DNA from: Candidatus Heimdallarchaeota archaeon
Lineage (GTDB): Archaea > Asgardarchaeota > Heimdallarchaeia > Heimdallarchaeales > Kariarchaeaceae
Length of the DNA: 32,000 bases
NCBI GenBank assembly: GCA_030149205.1
Contig: JASBSB010000006.1
Location: forward strand, 600,001 to 632,000
Direction: 5' to 3'
Positions 27,902 through 32,000 of this stretch are shown here, piece by piece (position 1 is the stretch's first letter; each line of letters starts with the position of its first letter). The notes under the pieces are model-generated. The model worked only from the letters and a program-made list of their open reading frames with translations, searched no databases and was not told the origin of the DNA. A program made the translations under genes and the position numbers.

Positions 27902-28038
27902 TTTACAAAATAGAACAAACTTTCGTATTTAAATAAAACAAGAAGCAATGTAAAAAGAGGAAGATCTTTCATGGTAGGTATAGCAATTCAGTTGAAATTA
28001 TAGCTATATTCTTATAAATTTACTAATTAAATTGACCT

Positions 28039-28395
28039 ATGGACAGTTTAACTGGAACAGCTAAAACAATATTTGACGAAATTTTTGATGAGATTGATGA
28101 GGAGATCAAAGAGGCTCTAGATCCATATTTTAAGGAAAATGTTCTTGAAAATCTCATTAACAGCATCCAAAAGGATGTTAAGGAGGAGATAATTGAGGTG
28201 ATCAAAAAACACTATTCAGAAGACATGAAAGCTGTACACAAATTAATTTTAGGAGAAAAGGCTTCAAGAATTGTTACTTTCAAAGCAAAGGAATACATTC
28301 AAACCCTTGTTGGAGACGTCTTAAAGCACTCCTTTGATGTCATAGATGAGTTAAGGAATGAGATTATTGGAGAAGTGTTTGAGGAAACAGAGTAA
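28039..28395 (+). CDS. Hypothetical acidic helical protein
   Basis: 118-aa ORF with a TATA-like element upstream. Confidence 0.7.
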   Translation: MDSLTGTAKTIFDEIFDEIDEEIKEALDPYFKENVLENLINSIQKDVKEEIIEVIKKHYSEDMKAVHKLILGEKASRIVTFKAKEYIQTLVGDVLKHSFDVIDELRNEIIGEVFEETE

Positions 28396-28455
28396 ACTCA
28401 TGTCTATAACAGTTGAAGAGTCAAGTTAGGACAGCAATGGATATCCATAAATTTA

Positions 28456-29265
28456 GTGAATCTAACAAATGATTGCTTGAATTTAACAGAACATTCCCTG
28501 CAAGCAGGAAATAAACAGATCACTTATTATCTAAATAGAAAAGTTAGGAGCAAAAAGAGATGGTACCTAAAGCTCGTTATCAAAGAAGGGAAGGTCTTGG
28601 TTTATGCATCTAAAGCCGTAAAAACAGAAGAAATTAAAAATTTCATTCGAAATAAATCTAATTGGATTGAAGATAAGTTAGCACGATGGAATACTCTAGT
28701 TAAGAACAGCTATGAGCTTAATTTTGAAAGTGGGGGAAATCTACCATTTATGGGGGAATCCTACACTGTTACAATAAAGACCTCAGTAATACTTGAAAAG
28801 ATTGACATTGAAATTGACAAACCAGGAAAAAGAGTGATCATCACCCTGCCTCATACAGTTAATTTACTTGACTTGAAAAATAAAGAGAGTGAATCGTTCA
28901 ATCTAACAGAAAAAGCCCTCATAGCCACTTATAAAGAAAGTATATCACAATTTATCCAATTAGAGGTTGACAGACTTACTAAAAAAATTCAAGTAAGTTA
29001 CAATAAAATAAAAATTAAGACTTTGAAGAGCGCTTGGGGAACATGTACACCTCTGAACACATTGAATTTTAACTGGAGACTTATACTTACCCCAGAGGAG
29101 ATTATTCGATATGTTGTTGTTCACGAAGTGTGTCATCTCAAACATAGAAACCATTCAAAATTATTCTGGAAAGAAGTCTCAAGACATTACCCCTCCTATA
29201 AGGAGGCTAGGAAGTGGTTAACAAAGCACAACATATTGCTTCAAAATTCATTTTCTGTATATTAA
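28456..29265 (+). CDS. M48/YgjP (DUF45, SprT-like) metal-dependent hydrolase
   Basis: SAWGTC, NFNWRL, YVVVHEVCHLKHRNHSKLFW. Confidence 0.9.
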   Translation: MNLTNDCLNLTEHSLQAGNKQITYYLNRKVRSKKRWYLKLVIKEGKVLVYASKAVKTEEIKNFIRNKSNWIEDKLARWNTLVKNSYELNFESGGNLPFMGESYTVTIKTSVILEKIDIEIDKPGKRVIITLPHTVNLLDLKNKESESFNLTEKALIATYKESISQFIQLEVDRLTKKIQVSYNKIKIKTLKSAWGTCTPLNTLNFNWRLILTPEEIIRYVVVHEVCHLKHRNHSKLFWKEVSRHYPSYKEARKWLTKHNILLQNSFSVY

Positions 29266-30215
29266 ATCTTAAATTTGATGCCTGTCAGCTCTTCTGATCT
29301 TTTCCATAGCTCTTTAGCAATTTCTGGGTCATAACTAATCTCGACAGATTTATGTCGAACTGTTGGCCCCCTTGTATGTCCAAACCTCCTTGGACCAAAA
29401 TAATCCCCATTTTCTACATCTGGCCCCACACTTGCATACAACAGTGGAAGGGTTCCAGCATTCACACTTTGAGCTAAAAGAGGATTTAACACCTTATACA
29501 AGAAATAAAATGCACTTTTCCCATCCACACTCGGTCCGGCAGATTGTAAATTAGTCCTGGAATAACCGGGATGTGCTGCAGCTGCAATTACGTCAATTCC
29601 TTCAGCTTTAATCCTTCGTGAGAGTTCATACGTGAAATAAAGGTTAGCTATCTTAGATTGACCATATGCTGTGGTTTTGTTATACTTCTGTTCTGAGTTT
29701 AAATCTACGAAGTTAATTTTTCCTCTTGTCGCAGCAATTGAACTCACATTCACAACCCTACCTTGTGGACTACCTTTTAATGATTTAAAGAGGAGAGATG
29801 TAAGTGCAAAATGACCAAGGTGATTTACTCCGAACTGAATTTCAAAACCATCCTCTGTCTTCAGATATGGAGGCTGCATAATTCCGGCGTTGTTGAGTAA
29901 GACATCTATTTTCTCATAAATATTATTGATCTCATCTGCAAATTCTCTAATACTTCCCAGGCTTGCAAGATCTATTTTTACAAAATTAAGGGTTGCATCT
30001 GAAACTTCTGCTTTAATTTTGTTAATTGCATCTGATGCTTTCTCTTCGTTTCTTGCCGCTATGACCACCTCAGCACCTTTTGAGGCAAGAGCTTTAGCTG
30101 CAACGAATCCCAACCCACTGTTCGAACCAGTAATAATGATTGTTTTACCAGTCTGATCTGGAATTTTTTCATAATTCCAGTTATGAATTGCTAATGGTTT
30201 TGTTGACTGACTCAT
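29262..30215 (-). CDS. Short-chain dehydrogenase/reductase (retinol-DH/WWOX-like)
   Basis: TGSNSGLG, NNAG, NHLGHF, YGQSK. Confidence 0.95.
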   Translation of the reverse strand: MSQSTKPLAIHNWNYEKIPDQTGKTIIITGSNSGLGFVAAKALASKGAEVVIAARNEEKASDAINKIKAEVSDATLNFVKIDLASLGSIREFADEINNIYEKIDVLLNNAGIMQPPYLKTEDGFEIQFGVNHLGHFALTSLLFKSLKGSPQGRVVNVSSIAATRGKINFVDLNSEQKYNKTTAYGQSKIANLYFTYELSRRIKAEGIDVIAAAAHPGYSRTNLQSAGPSVDGKSAFYFLYKVLNPLLAQSVNAGTLPLLYASVGPDVENGDYFGPRRFGHTRGPTVRHKSVEISYDPEIAKELWKRSEELTGIKFKI

Positions 30216-30259
30216 TAGATTTTGATTAAGATAAAATATTTAAGAACTAATATTATCGC

Positions 30260-30294
30260 AAAAAAAAAAAAAGGAACCCAATGGGTCCCCTTTT
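30260..30294 (-). terminator. Hairpin plus U13 terminator downstream of 16S
   Basis: Minus-strand GGGACCC-AUU-GGGUUCC followed by 13 U. Confidence 0.8.
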
Positions 30295-30298
30295 CTTT

Positions 30299-30341
30299 AC
30301 ACAAAGAAATCAACTTTGACGTGAAATTGTATCATAATCAG
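30299..30341 (-). other. 3' arm of the 16S processing stem with bulge-helix-bulge
   Basis: Complementary to 31853-31897; RNA CGUC-AAA gives the central helix and 3-nt bulge. Confidence 0.9.
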
Positions 30342-30350
30342 AATGAAACT

Positions 30351-31803
30351 TAGGAGGTGATCCATCTGCAGCTTCCGCTACAGATACCTTGTTACGACTT
30401 CTGCCTTCTCACCTACAAATGCATCGTCCATGCCACGAAGGCATGTCCTCAACACAAGCAGACTCGAATGCAGCGACGGGCGGTGTGTGCAAGGAACAGG
30501 GGCGTATTCAGGGCATCATACTGAAATGCCCTTACTACTCATTCCGCGTTCATGAGGACAATTACATTCCTCAATCCCAACTGAGACAGCGATTAAGGGT
30601 TGGCGTCGTCTTTCGACGTTGCATCCTATTGCCACTGCCATTGTATGCCGCGTGTGGCCCTGTACATAAGGGGCATACTGACCTCGTCTAGACTTCACTT
30701 TCATCTAGCTCATCGCTAGCGATCTTTACAAAGTTCCCAAACTTCCCTGAGGAATTGCTGGTAATTGTAAATGAAGGTCTCGCTCGTTAAACCAATTAAG
30801 GTCACAACTCACGTCACGAGCTTGAACGGGCCATGCACCACCAACCTATACCTCCGGTAACTTCATCAAAGTGACCTTCATAAGTATAGGCGGCACAGGT
30901 AAGATTTCCGGCGTTGAATCCAATTAAACCGCAGCATCCACGAGTTGCGGTATTCCCCCGCCAATTGCTTTAAGTTTCAATCTTGCGATCGTAATCCCCA
31001 AGCGACCCGTTTAATGCCTTCGCTGCAGCACCGGGTTCTAAGAACCCGACACTTAACGGGTATCGTTTACGGCACTTGACTACAGGGGTATCTAATCCCT
31101 TTTGCTCCCAAGGCTTAAAAGTCTGACCGTCAGATGTGTCCTAGAGTATCGCTTTCGCCACAGGTGGTCCAAATAAGATCTACGCATTTCACCGCTCCCT
31201 TATTTGTACCATACTCCTCTTCCACTCTCAAGAAACCACGTTTCACCACCGATTCAATCGTTGAGCGATTGATTTTGAGCAGTGACTATGATTTCCGGCT
31301 GCACTTGCTTTAGGCTCAGTATATCAGTCCTCTCGAAGAGACAGTTTTACCGCGGCTGCTGGCACTGTCCTTGCCCTCTTCTTTCTTTCTAACTTATCTA
31401 CAGTTAGCAACAGTTTCCCGTTAGAGAAACACTCTGTTTTACCTCATCACGATTTCTCGCATTGTGAAGTTTTCTCGTCTGCTGGACTCCGTAGAGGCTG
31501 GAACGTTATCTCAGTTTCCACCTGGCGGCTCCTCCGTTAAGAGCCGCTACCAATTATCACCTAGGTGAGCCACTACCTCACCTACAAGTTAATTGGGCGC
31601 AGTTTCATCCTACCTTGAGTGTTGGTCTTTTCCAAGTCTCCACACCTATAGAGTATTAGCCACAGGTTACCGTGATTATTCTCTGCAGTAGGGTAGATTA
31701 ACGACGTTTTACTCAGTTTTTCGCCAAGATAGTAAACTATCTTTGACTTGCATGACTTAGTATAAAACAGATAGAGGCCTGATCCATCAGCATCAAATGG
31801 TGT
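30351..31803 (-). rRNA. rrs: 16S rRNA (archaeal type, highly divergent, not linked to 23S)
   Basis: Anti-SD GAUCACCUCCU, AAGUCGUAACAAGG, CACACCGCCCGUC (G1408), AUUAGAUACCCC, GUGCCAGCAGCCGCGGUAA, and h1 CCAUUUGAUGCUGAUGG. The ends are approximate. Confidence 0.97.
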
Positions 31804-31852
31804 GTCCCCCAATAAATTGAGGGTGCAAGTGTTTTCACACCTTGCTGTCGAT

Positions 31853-31897
31853 CTGATCACTTAATACAATTTCAATTCGTCGTTGCTTTCTTTGTGT
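31853..31897 (-). other. 5' arm of the 16S processing stem with bulge-helix-bulge
   Basis: RNA ACACAAAGAAAGCAAC-GACG-AAU-UGAAAUUGUAU pairs with the 3' arm, giving a canonical 3-4-3 BHB. Confidence 0.9.
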
Positions 31898-31952
31898 TTT
31901 GTGTGTAATTTTTTCCTCTTGCATCCTATTTGATGGTCATAGAGTTTGGAGG

Positions 31953-31960
31953 TGTTATAA
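31953..31960 (-). promoter_or_regulatory. Possible rRNA promoter TATA (TTATAACA)
   Basis: Position upstream of the 5' processing arm only. Confidence 0.3.
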
Positions 31961-32000
31961 TCAAAGGTGGGATTCAGTTGGTCATCACAGGATTGCTCGA

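Noticed and set aside
1676-30156. Short antisense or nested ORFs in the track (e.g. 1676, 3925, 5929, 6781, 7930, 8869, 9637, 10218, 13548, 14758, 20761, 21646, 23034, 24176, 28023, 29926)
   Set aside because: They are shadows of longer, motif-supported genes, with no independent motifs or start signals.
30362-30388. h45 loop closed by C1515:G1520 instead of G:C
   Set aside because: This variant is common in many bacteria, so it is not unusual by itself.
30389-31860. ORFs 30389..30691, 30516..30704 and 31582..31860
   Set aside because: They lie within the 16S rRNA gene or its leader; spurious.

Overview
AT-rich archaeal genomic window, most likely Asgard/TACK-related. The lineage is inferred from 16S G1408, an unlinked 16S gene, an Asgard-type RING domain and leaderless promoters; it is not proven. 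(1) 1-14832 is a co-oriented minus-strand cluster that runs off the left edge. It holds an intact-looking RadA/Rad51 paralog and XPD/DinG Fe-S helicase. It also holds several apparent pseudo-enzymes: a catalytically dead, thumb-less family B DNA polymerase, a TFB/TFIIB-like cyclin-repeat protein without a Zn ribbon, a Walker-A-less RecA/KaiC-like protein, and a 1105-aa degenerate ATPase/winged-helix protein. Four or five membrane/surface proteins, including an unlisted 33-aa peptide, and an iteron-like repeat array complete it. This is the best candidate for an undescribed DNA uptake/repair/recombination system. (2) 14987-30215 is a mixed accessory region: surface proteins, a pseudogene relic, a hydrolase, methyltransferases, a RING-SF2 helicase fusion, an EndA-like subunit lacking the catalytic His, an iodotyrosine deiodinase, an intron-containing tRNA(CAU), a WD40 protein, UbiA, M48/YgjP and an SDR. 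(3) 30351-31803 is a highly divergent stand-alone 16S rRNA gene with a perfect BHB processing stem, its own terminator and a compensated flip of the central-pseudoknot C18:G917 pair. All protein family calls come from reading motifs by eye; no searches were run.
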